A stretch of 64,000 bases of DNA from Elsinoe ampelina (GCA_010093995.1 ML992511.1:109917-173916), one strand, 5' to 3'. Counted from the first letter of the stretch, positions 36,614-49,377 are shown. Made by a program: numbers and translations. Notes: generated by a model not told the origin, from the sequence alone.

Positions 36614-37508
36614 CTATGACCTCAACCCAAGAAGGAAGTTGCCTCCCTTCGACCCACCCTCTCCTCCTGCGCCTCCACCAGGCAAGTACGTGACATTTGG
36701 GTTGTTGGCCAGCATCTGCGCGAGTTCCTTCTGCGTCTCTATCCGTCTGATTTGAATGAGGCCATCACCACTCTTAGCCACTGCCTTGCTGATTGTGTCT
36801 GCAGCCTCAGCTTCTCCTTCAGCCCTGATGACATTGGCCTGTCTCTCCTGCTCGGCCTTTTCGACGATAAATCGTGCTCTTTCGGCTTCTTGTTGTGCGA
36901 TCTGTTTTTCCTCAACTGCGCGAGTGAACTCCTTCCCGAAAGTCATGTGGGTGATCGACACGTCCTCGAGAGCAATGTTGAACTCGGAAGCTCTTCGCAG
37001 AAGGTCGGTCCGTATTCTGTTAGAGACGGCCTCTCGCTGTGTGATGAGCTCCGCCGCATCGAATTGAGCGACAATCGCCTTGAGAACTTCGTTTCCGATC
37101 GAGGGAAGGACACGCTCATCGTAGTCTTGACCGAGATTCTGCGCGGCTGTTAGTGCTGTGTCGATGGTTCGCTTTCGTCTGCCATACCTGGTAGATCTTG
37201 GGTAGTGCCTTCACTTCAGGCCTGTGAAGCACACGCAGCGTCAAGCTGACCATCTGAAGATCCTTGCTACCAGTTGTCGTGCTGATGTTTCTCGGTTTCG
37301 TGCGCACATCGTAGATGATCGCCCTCTGAAGCCACGGGATCAAGAAGTGTGTACCCTCGTTGGCCACTGTATCCTTCACTCCAGACAGACGATCGAAGAT
37401 GACTGCTCTCGTACCACCCTTGACATCGTACAAGGAAGCGCTGACAAAGGCTGCACCGACAGCTACCGGCACGGCAAGTCGCTGGATGTTGTGGAGAACG
37501 TTCGCCAT
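36614..37508 (-). CDS. PHB1: Prohibitin 1
   Basis: [38 protein letters not shown] and [15 protein letters not shown]. Intron 37139-37187. Confidence 0.95.
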
Positions 37509-37847
37509 GTTCGACCTAGGTGGAATCGAGTGATCAGTGCACTATTGTTATTCGGAGTGTATTCTGCGCAGCCTGGAAGTGTCACTTAGGCGAGGAGGAT
37601 GCGAAAGGGTGTTGTTGAACGACGGCGACAGCTCGAACAATGTGCCTGCAGCTCCGAATGATGATGCTCGAAAATCTGTATGCTAGTCCTAAACAGGCAA
37701 AGCGGCCGAGCTTCTCAGTTTCCTGCAGTCTCCGGGTCGTTTTCGAACTTCAACGAATACCAGGCCAGACAATTACAGCTACTTATCAACCCGCAACACC
37801 ACCTACACAGCCCGACTTCTAATCACAGTACTTGCCAGTTATACACA

Positions 37848-38333
37848 ATGGGTGGCGGCGGAGAGAAACTTCCTGGCCAGTACGTTCATCGCGCGGGGGC
37901 AATCGCATCCAGCGCAAAGACACCAACGAGAAACATGGACTGACATCGCCCAGATACGTCGGTGAATGGGGCAACCTTGGTACGCAATCGACATCGACAT
38001 CCTCGAAACTGAGGACTTTTTCTAATGGTCCTTCCAGGCTCCCCGACACAGCGCGGCATTGTATCCTATGGGCTATCACAAAACAGACAGCGCCCATTGG
38101 CCGGAACTGCCCATGCTGCGGTCTTCAACACATTCAGAAGGAGCAAGGCACAAATCCTATACTGGTCGCTACCACTCTTGATCGGTTACGAGACCATGCA
38201 GTGGGCTATTGAGAGGTAAGGAGGATCGAGATGGTCAAAGAGGTCGAAGTGGCAGGAAGCGGCTGACCCTCTTTTTAGGAACGAGTATCTCAATTCGAAG
38301 GCTGGACGCGCAGAGTATGCCGACTCGGAATAG
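37848..38333 (+). CDS. QCR8: Cytochrome b-c1 complex subunit 8
   Basis: Spliced product MGGGGEKLPGQ|YVGEWGNLG|SPTQRGIVSYGLSQNRQRPLAG...WAIER|NEYLNSKAGRAEYADSE*, with 3 introns. Confidence 0.93.
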
Positions 38334-38626
38334 ACGATATTCTGGCGGACCGACGAGGATCTCTTCATGCTCTCATAATGGTAGAAGCGTGCACAGAAGG
38401 AACCAGACTGTACTGTACCAAAATTAAGAGCTAGCGAATGCATTACAACCTTCATTGTCGATTTAGCACTCTCCATGTAACGCATGGAAGATGGACACTT
38501 CACATGTTTACGTCTCGGCCCGGAGCTCTTGATCATAGCTGTGTCGGCACCACGCAGGGGTGTGTCAGGACCCGCTCAATAACGTTACGCTTTGAGCGTC
38601 ACTTCTTATTCGTCAGTAGACTTGCG

Positions 38627-38692
38627 GGATGCTGTGGGATTGCTCTCGGAGCGACGGATGCTGTGGGATTGCTCTCGGAGCGATGGATGCTG
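38627..38692. repeat. 29-nt tandem duplication (about 2.3 copies)
   Basis: GGATGCTGTGGGATTGCTCTCGGAGCGA(C/T) twice, followed by GGATGCTG. Confidence 0.9.
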
Positions 38693-41461
38693 GCGGATTA
38701 CCAATGCTTCCTCTTTCTCTTTGCATACTTGAAGGGACGAGAGGAGAAGGGCGGATGGAAAGGAGTCACACCGCCTCGCTGCCGTCAAATGGTGATCAGA
38801 GAATCACACATTTGGGTTGCTGCGAGAGCTGCATCCTTACATTGCCTTTCCTGACTCGACCAATTTTCCACCCTGGCTGCTAGACATTCGGGTGTTGTAT
38901 GGCGAGTGATCCTACAATTGAATTGCGGTATTGATGCGTGAAGGAAGAAATTTTCGAAGACAATGGGTGACGGCTCCGACGCAATGACTTCCAACGCAAT
39001 GTCAAGACCGCGGACCTCCCACCTCTTCCATCTCGCCTCGGAAAATCGCTTACGAGGTCAAACTCACCAAATCAGCCTCATCGAGTCACCTTTATCACTG
39101 ACTGCACCTTTCTGTCCTGTTCTTTCGTACTGCGATGACGGCTTGTGCAGGCGATGTTCAGAGACCTGCCCATGCAGCGACGAGTACGAGTGCGAGCCCA
39201 AGGCCATGGCATGAAGCTAGCCGCATGCATCTCCTACCCATCTCCAAGCCGTCTCTGCAGATCCATGGCTCAATCACTGTATCCCAAGACATGCTGGTCG
39301 CTCAGTTAGACCGTTAGCTTCCCGAACTTGCTGGGAAGAAGGGCCGACGACTGCGTGACACGTCTGAATATCCGGACCCCGCGCGACCAGTTCAAACCTG
39401 ACGAAGAGATAAGCCTGGTAGACCAGGTAGCCCGAATCGATCAGTAAAACCACGCCGACGACAGGATTGTGGAGGTGTGAACGGCCTGATCTGGACAACG
39501 CTGTAGAAACACCTTACATACATGACGACTTTGGCTGCTGGATCTTAGTCATACAAAAGCGGCTGACATGTGATTGCTCAGGCTGGTTGTGGCGATTTGT
39601 GCTTGGACGCGCAGAGGACATTTGAGCCTCTATCACCACACCTTTAGAGATCGTCAGAGGCGACCCGCTTGATAAGCCTGACCATGGGATGAGTCGATTT
39701 GCACACCAGTCCAACACGAGTGTTGAGTAGCCCGATCAGATGGGGCGATTTTGAGGTTAGCAATTATGTTGTCATGATACCACAAGGATAAGAGTCAGAT
39801 CCACTTCCACACTTGGTGCTGGTAGTGTATGAACACGGTTCAACGAGGCAACACAATAGCAACACGTCGTCCACAATTGAAGGTCGCGCCAGGTGCGGCT
39901 TGCTTTCGCGTTTGATGAGGAATGACTTCTACAGATGTCGATGTCGCGAATGGCGGTACGCTTGCAGGCTATAAACAAGATTTGCGTTGCTGCCCGGCCA
40001 AAAGATGGCGACGGAGCATCAACAAATGCCATGAAATGAATTGCCGCACGAACGGGCAACGAAGCATCTGTCGAGACCGTGCGGAGTCAACGTGTTCGAG
40101 CATTGGACACCCACCAGGATGACAGCGGGACCTGCATGGACGAAAGTTGGCATTGATCACGACTGGGAACTTGAGGTCGAATGTGATGGAGCTTCCATCA
40201 CAAGCAACGTCGCAGGCATGCTGACTCGATCGATGCGCGCAGCCGCAGTGAACCTCGATACCGAGAACATGTTGCAGCCTGCTTGAAGATCCCTGACTAC
40301 ACGTCAACAACACCAACTGGCAGCAATGCGAAAGAAGCCCTGACGACAATCTTTGCAGAAAGTTCTTCTCTATCGTTGGGATCTCAAGGGTCGTGCCAAG
40401 TTGTGACACGCATTATTTCGAAACTGGAGACATGTGTCGCATCATCGATCGAAGTCCAAATTTGGTGCCCGGGCCACCGCGGAGGCCCAAGAGGAGTACC
40501 AGGTAACGTGATGAGTCCGAGAATCGTCTCGTTCTCTCCGTGCGGTCTCTTTGGCTATTGTAGCCGGACACAAGGCACCATTGACGGGTAGGTCGCAGAT
40601 GCGCAAGCTAGACAAAGAAGCGGAAGTCCTTTTGTGCTTCGCGGAACGGCAGCAGAGGGGAGATCGCTGCAGATTGACGATAGTGGGCACGAGTGGGCTG
40701 GTAGTAGCGGCGCTAAAAACTGCCAGAGCCATTGTCATAGTCTGTTAAGGTCAGGACAAAGAGGACAAGCTCTTGACGACGTCGATCTGTACCTTCGTAC
40801 TACGTCAAGCCGTTGCAAGTGGCTTGTGGGGTTTGAAGGAATGGAATGGTCAGCGTCGACGCTGGTCTTTTTCCTTCGACCGTTGTCAAAAAAGCTCTCT
40901 ATTGTGAAATAGTAGCTGTCATATTCTTTGGGACATATCTAGCCCCTCGGACTTTTGTTAATAGGTGTCACGAATCCTCCGCAACCCTGAGTATCCCTGA
41001 GTATCAGAATCGCGCCATCTACCGGACTCTTCGGAAAGCTGAGCGGAGTTGCAAAACAACATCCTGCGGTACCAGAGCTCGCCTGCAACCAGACGCGGGA
41101 ACCAAGTCTCTGCGTACCTCAATTTCCCAGCAAAGATACGCAAGGAATCGTCGCGACCTCACGCTTCAGAAAAGAGTGGAGCAGCCCGATTTCCAAACCG
41201 CGCTCATCGCGTCCATCAATTTCCTCCAACACACTAGCCCTGTCCATCCTCCAGCGTGCCGGATCACGGCAGACGGCAGCACACATCCACAAGCCAACAC
41301 TTGAACCACGTATAACTTATACGCCTTGCCCTGCCTGGATCGCTCACTTTAGGAGTTCACATATCTTTCGAAATCGAAGACAACAACTCCACGAAAACAC
41401 TGCGTTGGCCGACCGGGATTTACTCCGTTATCAATTCAACACTATTTTGTCCAAATCAACC

Positions 41462-42037
41462 ATGCCGTCAGCCCGGCCAACAACGGCGATGCGTCCTACA
41501 ACGCCCCTCTCACCTCGCTTTGATGGTACCTCTTCGAGATACGATGGCTTTCAGGCCTCACGACAAAATGCATACCAGTCGAGGAGTCCTTCTTCATCAC
41601 AACAGCGACGTAAATACGGAAACAATCTCTCCTTGCCAGGCTTGCCGCGATTCCACCCCGCCAACTACGCCTCGTCACACTCCTCCTTTGCCAACACCCC
41701 AGCCTCTGGTCCTAGCAGTCCTCATGGGCCAGCATCCCCGGGCGTGCAACAGAAGCTCTACACTGAAGGTCAACGTCAACTTTACAACTACCAGCTGAGC
41801 CGGACACCGTCTTCGCAATTCCTCGAGCGACCAGATAGCCCACGTCTTCAACCTCTCGGCAGCCCCGGGCCAGTGACCCCTCTCGAGCTCGAGACCCACG
41901 AGAGTTACCTGTCCATCGGCAAGTCTCCAAGCAGGGCTACTGCAGTGGACCAACCTGAAGAGCTCGCGAGCAAACTTGCCCAGGCCGCACGACAACAGAA
42001 ATCACCACGAGTGGCCTCCAACCCTCGTACTAGGTGA
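41462..42037 (+). CDS. Uncharacterised Ser/Pro-rich fungal protein (start uncertain)
   Basis: Good start context (CAACCATG). Low-complexity ORF with conserved-looking blocks LPGLPRFHPANY and PDSPRLQPLGSPGPVTPLELE. Confidence 0.7.
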   Translation: MPSARPTTAMRPTTPLSPRFDGTSSRYDGFQASRQNAYQSRSPSSSQQRRKYGNNLSLPGLPRFHPANYASSHSSFANTPASGPSSPHGPASPGVQQKLYTEGQRQLYNYQLSRTPSSQFLERPDSPRLQPLGSPGPVTPLELETHESYLSIGKSPSRATAVDQPEELASKLAQAARQQKSPRVASNPRTR

Positions 42038-42503
42038 ATATGAATATATTACCACCACAACTCCATACACGCATCATGCATAACGGCCGCGAATAGAAAT
42101 GGGGGCGAAATCACTGAAAGAGCATCGGCAATAAATTGGCAAGCGATAAGGGTTTACCAAGGTGGACATCAACTTTTCTGTTCTTTCTTTTGGAGTTTTG
42201 CAACCGGAAGGAACACTTTGACGACCATGATACCAAGTCCTCGGCCAATCGTCTCGCCAAGGCAATTCTTTCACATCAGACCGCTGGATGCTGCGTCAAG
42301 CCATCACGACCATCGCTCTACGAAACGGGTACACCCTCGTTGTCACGTAGCAGAAATGAATCAATCGATATTTCAAGAAGTAAAACATTGTTCCCTCTGT
42401 GAAGAAGCAGTGACTGATCTGTCGTGATACTATTCCCAAGCCATCCCCTCCGCCACCCCTCCCGTCCATCTCGCACCTAACCCTACCTGACCTCTTGAAC
42501 CCT

Positions 42504-43034
42504 CTACAACCCCAAAGGATTCTGCCCCGTCTGCTCATTGCCCCCGATCCTCTTCTCCTTCTTCTCCTCCTGCTCCTTGCGCTCCCCCCTATCCTCCATC
42601 CCCAACGCACTCATCGCCGGCTTCGTCAAATTCCCAGCTCCCTCCGCCACAGGCCCCGTGACTTTGCCCACCCCAGCACCGATCGGGGAGAGGCCCGTCT
42701 CGAGACCCTTGCCCAGCGGGTCGCCGACGGCAGAGAGCACGCCGCCTGGGAGGGATGTCAGTGGTGCATCATAACGGGAGGGCGGAACGTTGGGGGTGGG
42801 ACGGTGAGACGGTGGGTGGGGTGAGACATTGTGAGGGCATCCATGGGGAGAGGAGGGTGGTGCCGCGGGGGAGGGGAGGGAAGGTTGCGTAACGGTTTAA
42901 GGCTGGTTTCGCATCATCGGGGGGGTGGAGGGCTGTTTGTACGATGGTGGAGGAGGATAGATGGTCTTACCTTTCTCGTTGCCCTGCTTGTCTTGGACCT
43001 TTTCGGGGAAGATCTTGCGGTCGGTGCCTGGCAT
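42504..43034 (-). CDS. Small (~100 aa) Gly-rich hydrophilic hypothetical protein, 2 exons
   Basis: Exon 1 MPGTDRKIFPEKVQDKQGNEK G|GTAAG, an intron of about 42748-42970, then exon 2 GVLSAVGDPLGKGLETGLSP...GGNEQTGQNPLGL* in the correct phase. Confidence 0.7.
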
Positions 43035-44143
43035 GTTGAACTGGGTGGTAGGGTTGGTTTCTGATCGGTGTAGCGAAGTGAAATTGGATGAGAAAGGTGT
43101 TGCGATGATTTGATGATTTGAAGTACTGTGGCTAGAGAGGCGAAGTGGCTAGAGAAATAGAATGCCCGGGCCGCCGAGGTGAAAAGAGGTGTCGCTGTCG
43201 CTGCGGGCACTTCGTCATGGGCACCTACGTCATCTGCGGGACGGGGACGAGCGGGAAGTACGGGATTTGGGTACCTCGCGCTGAGCAGACAAAAATCCCC
43301 CAGCACAAACATACAACCTTGAATTCGAGGTTCACTCTCGTCCCTGCATCTTCGTCGTAGCTGATGCCTGAGGCTAACATCTACACTAGTTCATGGATGC
43401 TGTCAGAAACGCGCACGCAAGCCACACATGACTACCTTGATTGACCGGTTGACGTGGCTGGTGCCATGTGAAAGTGGAGTTGGCCATATTAGGCAATCAA
43501 TAGTGCAGCAGGCTTGGAAGTACTGTTGCCCCACAGCCTTGTCAGTGTCAGCTCCTTCGTTTGAGATTGTCTATCTTTGCAGAGCTGAATGTAATGTACA
43601 ACTTGCTTGCATCTCAGCTGTAATTAGGATGTTTCACAAGGCGAAAAGGATCAACGACAAGCGTCGGCTCTGAAGTGAGCAGCGTACAGTAAAAACACCG
43701 GAGCAATGCTGCTCGTTCTATACTACGCCGCTGCACCCGCCGCTGCACAGCCACTGTGGCTCTTTCACTGGCAATTTCTGCCCAATCATGTCTCCGGCAG
43801 GCTGTGATGACTCTGCTGGGGCTGCGCGTTCTTCTGACGAACTCATCCCGACAATGTGGTAGTTCCTAAGTTACATGGCGCAGACTTTGATAGGTCTGTC
43901 GGTCGCTTGAATATCAGTCACCTTCTCTTCTTAAGACTGGTACATTGATTCTGAGGCTGATTCCACGTGGTGTTGTTCCTGATGACCACAGAAACACTCA
44001 GCCTGACCACCTGAATGCACAGTGGTTTGCCTTGAGTCCTAGGGCGGTTGACCGGGCTGCATTTGCTACCCGTGTGGTGCATGCAGCAGACAAGGGAGTA
44101 TTGTATTTAGGACTCCAACTTGACTTCCTTTCCTCAACTTGCC

Positions 44144-46808
44144 ATGGCATTATCAGAAGGTATATCGTTGTTGACGTTGACTGAGACAAAAGGTTGCCTG
44201 CCAATGCTTGCCATCGCCCAGTCATCTTTGCCTGATGCGACCTCGCCTGCTACGACAACAACCAAGCATGACATATCAAAGCTCAGTGCTGCCTTGCGCA
44301 TCACTCGTTTGCTCGGCTCCCTCAAGCTCCGCGTCAAAGCTCGCGACTCTGCCACCCACCTGACCCCGAATGACTTTGAGGATTGCTGGCGCGACCTATG
44401 CCTGGATATTGAGGCAGTAGACGACTGTCCATTCGCTAGACTTGGTCGCACGCCATCTTTCGGACTACCAGAGCTTCGATCGCCTCCGACTCCTCCACAG
44501 ACAGTCATGGCTTCGCCGAGCGAGGAAAGCTTCCCGCCCTTGCTAGATACAACCCCAACCTCATGTGCCCCAAGGCAAGTAATATTCCCCAAATACTGCC
44601 ACTGGTCTTGCTAACGATGGTCAACAGTCCCAGTCCGGTCGAGAATCCCACGTTGGCCTCGTTCATCGAGCTCAGTGGCGGCGATGATGCCTTTTTGACC
44701 ATGTCAAAAGACTTCATGTCCAAGCTTACCTGCTGGGATACCAACATGGTCACAGCAATTCAGCAAACCATTGAGCGGATCCTGATAGTCGTGCACGCCG
44801 ACACCGCAACCTTGTCCCGCCGAGATGCCACGGATGCACTGGCGATTGAAGCCAAAGAAGCCGGTCTTACCAACTTAGAGGACTTACTCTGGGGATTGTG
44901 CTTCGATCTGGAGGCCTTCAAGACTGCAATGAACGAGAAGATCTTCCTCAAGCACATCCAAGATTGCCAACAGGACGAATCGATCCGCGAGGAAGACTGG
45001 TACAGCATCTTCCCAGATGCAAGGCACCCGCTTAGCACAACCTGGCCCTGGAGTATTAAGCCTTCCTTGGCCGTCATCTGGGGAGTCTGCTGGATGTTTT
45101 ATCCTACCTGGCAGTCCGATGAAAATTCCAACTACCAGGCAAATGACCCAAATCAGCAGCAGATGCCAGATAACTTATATGATTTGCCGCTATTCACGAA
45201 CATGGACGATCAGCAGAATCAAGCACGTATGTTTCCGTGGCTGACCTGAAAGTAATATCCTGTTTGGCTAACGGAGCATCATTAGGTGAGAATGCGGCTC
45301 TGCGGATGACGCACGGACTGGGGCAAAATCAGGCGGCAACAATTCGAGTTGCACCGCCACCAAGACACGACGCTTGTGAGTCGAATCGCGGAGTGCATCA
45401 CACGACCATTCGGTAGATCGGTTGAGTCTGATTCTACAGTGACTAATAGTAGGCAGCGGCTCCAGATCTTCATTCATCACAAGCTTTTCGGCCGGGTCCA
45501 CACCATACAAATGGGCCACGTACACCCTTTGCAGAGCAAAGCTTAACCAATGGTACAGAGCTGCAGCATTTCTTCGGGCAGTCGGGCAGTACTCCACCGT
45601 CTCATCACTATACAACCGACCATGCTGCCAGCACGGATTCGTTCTTCTCCGGATTTCCAAATCTTTCAACGGACATAAACGAGTACGATTACTACCAGCC
45701 AAACCATCAGCAGGCGCAGCAGCCGAATTTGCCACAGTTAAATCACCGAGCCGGCCAGTCACGTTTCTTTACGAACACTACTGCCTTGAACACGTCGACG
45801 ACTCATCCGCCACCGCCCGGCGCTTCCACACCTATAAGGTCCGCTCCGCCCTTCTCTCAGGCATCAAATTTTTCGACCTTTCCACCATCTATACGCTCCG
45901 GTCTCCAACCACCTAATCTCATGAGCCCAGTCATTATGCAATCACCTGTCAGTATTGCTAGAAGTAGGGAAGGATCAGGACCACTGTCGCCCGGACGGAA
46001 ACGAGCTCTATCAGATGCATCTCTACCCGCACACTCCAGACCCTCCCCACAGCCTCTGATCGCCTCGACGCCGGACTCGAGGACTGACGAGTACGATCTC
46101 GGCAACAATGCTACAACACCAGATCGACCAGAACCGCGGAAGAATGAACACGGACAATACATCTGCACGTTCCCAGGGTGTACCAGCGAAGTCTTTGAGC
46201 GCAAGTGCGAGTGGACGTGAGTAGACCAGTCATGTCAAGGGCCTAATCAAATACTAATGACCTATAGCAAACACTTTGACAAGCACGATCGACCATACAA
46301 GTGCAAGGATCCGGCATGCACGAAACTTCAAGGCTTCACATACTCGGGCGGGCTCCTTCGTCACCAACGTGAGGTTCACGGCATGCATGGCGGTCCCAAA
46401 GAGAGACTCTTCTGTCGATTCCCTGGCGACTGTAAACGGAAATCCGAAAAGGGCTTCACTCGCAAGGAGAACCGCGATGAGCACGAACGTAGAGTGCACA
46501 GTGGTCCTTTTGACGGTCTGCTAAAGGAAGAGACCACCAGTCCGCAGGCATGGAGCGAGTCGTCAGAAGTTAGGCGCTTGTCAGTCCCGACAGGCAAGCG
46601 GAAAGCCAGCGAAGCGTCCGAGACGGACATTGAAGACCTGAGGGGCGAGCTCAAGCGTCTGCGACAAGACAACGACGAACTGCGACAGAAAGTTAATATT
46701 TTGCTTGCCAATCAGAAGTACCAACCACCGCAGCCGCAGCGACATCCATCGCCCGCTCCACCAGAAGAGCAAGTTGGGGCATGGAGACCAGCGAACTCCG
46801 AACGGTAG
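44144..46808 (+). CDS. C2H2 zinc-finger transcription factor with C-terminal coiled coil (multi-exon; 5' start and middle exons uncertain)
   Basis: Three fingers: CTFPGC..FERKCEW|KHFDKH, CKDPAC..GFTYSGGLLRHQREVH and CRFPGDC..FTRKENRDEHERRVH. These are followed by LRGELKRLRQDNDELRQKV. Upstream ORFs 44120 and 44563 are linked in frame by a GC-AG intron at 44575-44627. Confidence 0.78.
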
Positions 46809-49377
46809 AGGATCGTGATGCTTTCTTTGTTTGAGATTGAGGATTTGTACATTCTTTAGCAGCACAGCGTGGCGTTTTGGGAACACAGCATCACCAGGAT
46901 GGGGTAGAGGATCGGATGAGATACCATGACCGGCAGATACCACTGGGACGATCAATAGACGATACCAACGAATACCATCTTTCTCGACTCTATAGTATTT
47001 GCAATTCTTGTGGACAAGTGAAGATACAATATGAGAGTGCACAGGATCCGAAAGGCTTGCTTCATCAGGTGGAGCTGTAAGGGGTTGTCAACCGCACATC
47101 ATTCACCTCTGGCTCGGCGTCGACCCGAAACGATAGAGTTAGGTAGAACAGACCAGCGGTACGATGCTGACAGTCGGTGACACAGGTTTCGGGCAGGATG
47201 CGTTTGACCACGTCGACGGTCTGGCATCCTGTCCACCAAACTCTGCGAAACCATCCCAGTGATCCTGCATCACAAACACCACCAGCCCCACGCATCGCAT
47301 TATTGACGTTACGAACCCAACAGCAGCAAATCTCCCCCTCGTAGCCCGGACCGATCACATGTCACTTTGCACCCGGGTGACACAAGTTGATCTGATCCAG
47401 AAGCCAGGGTGTGATCGTTTCGTTCGGCCGTCCGGCCCCAGGGTTTGATTGGATTTGTTTCAGGATTTCGTTTTTCTCGCTGGCCAAACGGGAGCGAGGA
47501 GGGAGCGAACAAGACCCTGGACGTGAAATCATGAGACGTTCGTTTGGACCCGGACAAGCCGATGGTGCGGAAAAAGTAGGAGAGGCGCGAGTCACGTCCC
47601 CTTACCCTGTGCGATGGGCTTGGGGGGTTTTGGGAATGGCGTTCGGGAGAGGGGATGATGGTTGACTCGCGAAGGGGACAGTGCGCGTTGAAGGTCATGG
47701 TTGATGGGAGCTGAGACTGCTGAGTACTGGTGGTGCTGTACTGTAAGATCAAGGATAGCAGGCTTAGGCTGAGGAACAGTCGTGCAGCGACGACGGGCAA
47801 CGTTTGATAGATCGCGATAAGGGCGCGCGAGATACAGCGCGCTGTACATGTGAACATTCTGTGTACATCCAGCCCGTAGTCGGGTCCACTTTCAGCCCGC
47901 CTCTTGCGTGGCATTGCGGCTTGCGCAGAAAGACCCTGGTGGTCGTTACGTTCCATGCAGTCAACGCGAATGTGCGTTTGCTGTTTCCAACGGTCTTGAC
48001 ATGGATCTGCTGATTTGATGGCACGTCGAGACGACTGTGCATGGTGAAATCTTGAAAAGCTGGAATGGCATGGACTGAACGAGATGATCGCCGTACGGAG
48101 TAGCGCTCCAAGAAGGCCCGAGACCTCGTGGCGGCATCGTTCCTGCATGAGGCTAGGCTGGTTCTGGGTATGGTTGGTTTGCTACGAAGGCACTAGAACA
48201 GGAGCAGCCGCCTGGATGAAATTGAAGGACATGTGCATATGGAGAGGGCGGCTGGCAGGATATGATGCCCGTCGATGCTCTTTTACATACGAAGAGAGGC
48301 AAAATTGGTGTGTCAGGTCAGCAAAGGCTGCTCAGGAAGTGCCGGTGGATAGCCCAAATCAATGTCTGCACTGTGACGCACCGGGAAAGACACCAACAAG
48401 GGGGTTCCAAGGTTGCCGGACGAGGCTTCACACATCCCAAATTTTCTTATCGCCGTCCACCCCCTCACCTGCATTACAATACTACTCAAGAGTGGGTCAT
48501 TCTCACCACCATCAGAGACTGCTTCATGCAGCTATTCTCGGCAACCTTTCGGACTCAATCTCCCATCTCGCCTGTCAAACGTTGCTTGCCGTCGGACCGT
48601 TTGCACCCTGCGCAATCACCTTCTGTCGCGGCGGGACAAACATTAACGAACGGGAGCATCATATTGTACAATGGCATCACAGATGCGATGGGATGGGCGC
48701 TTGAGTATGGACAGGAATTGAAGTCTCAGTGCGAAACATAAGTGTGCGTCGAATAGGCCGGACGCCAGGCACATCAGATCAGGCCCGAGGCGCTGATCCT
48801 TCTTTCTAGCGCCGCTTCTGGCTGCAATCGACAGGTACACTTGCCGTCTTGGTTCCATCCCCTACTCCCAGTCTCCCACCCTTCTCTCATACACTCCCAC
48901 CACTCCAACCAGGTCTGTGTGAGATTAGACGCCATCCACCCCCCGTTGACGACGTCTGTGGACTTGTGGAGCCTCACAACAGGGGACTACCGCTGCCGTT
49001 TGTGGCTCTCGCCCGTCGAAAACTGGTCTCGCCTTGGCTACCTGCACCATGCATGTGCCAACAGAAGCCATGCAGCGCCTATCCCGAGAGAGAATGTGAG
49101 GCAACACAAGCCCCCCAAACCTTGTTTCATTCAAGTATGCCATCCCATCCGGCCTGGCTCTGCTTTTCTCTAGTTCATCCACATCCGTCAGTTCACCTTC
49201 AACCACCAGCTTTTACACCACGGCGTTTGGTCTGTGACCAGTCCTTCCTTTCGCTCATTCGAGCAGTCACTCCTTTTGGGTTTTCTTCAAGTCACTCCTT
49301 GACAGCATAGTCTGCGATTCAGATCTGTGATCTTCACCAGAAACTTTCAACCAATTTCACACAGGACAACTTGAAAA

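Noticed and set aside
38627..38692. Possible CRISPR-like repeat
   Set aside because: The copies are directly adjacent with no spacers, there are no cas genes, and the context is eukaryotic.
39000..41400. Several 60-150 aa ORFs in a long intergenic region
   Set aside because: No motifs, consistent codon bias or coherent splice model. A highly decayed gene cannot be excluded.
47309..48148. 279-aa minus-strand ORF with an internal ATG in good context near 47698
   Set aside because: The composition looks non-coding and there is no recognisable domain. It is left uncalled pending RNA-seq.
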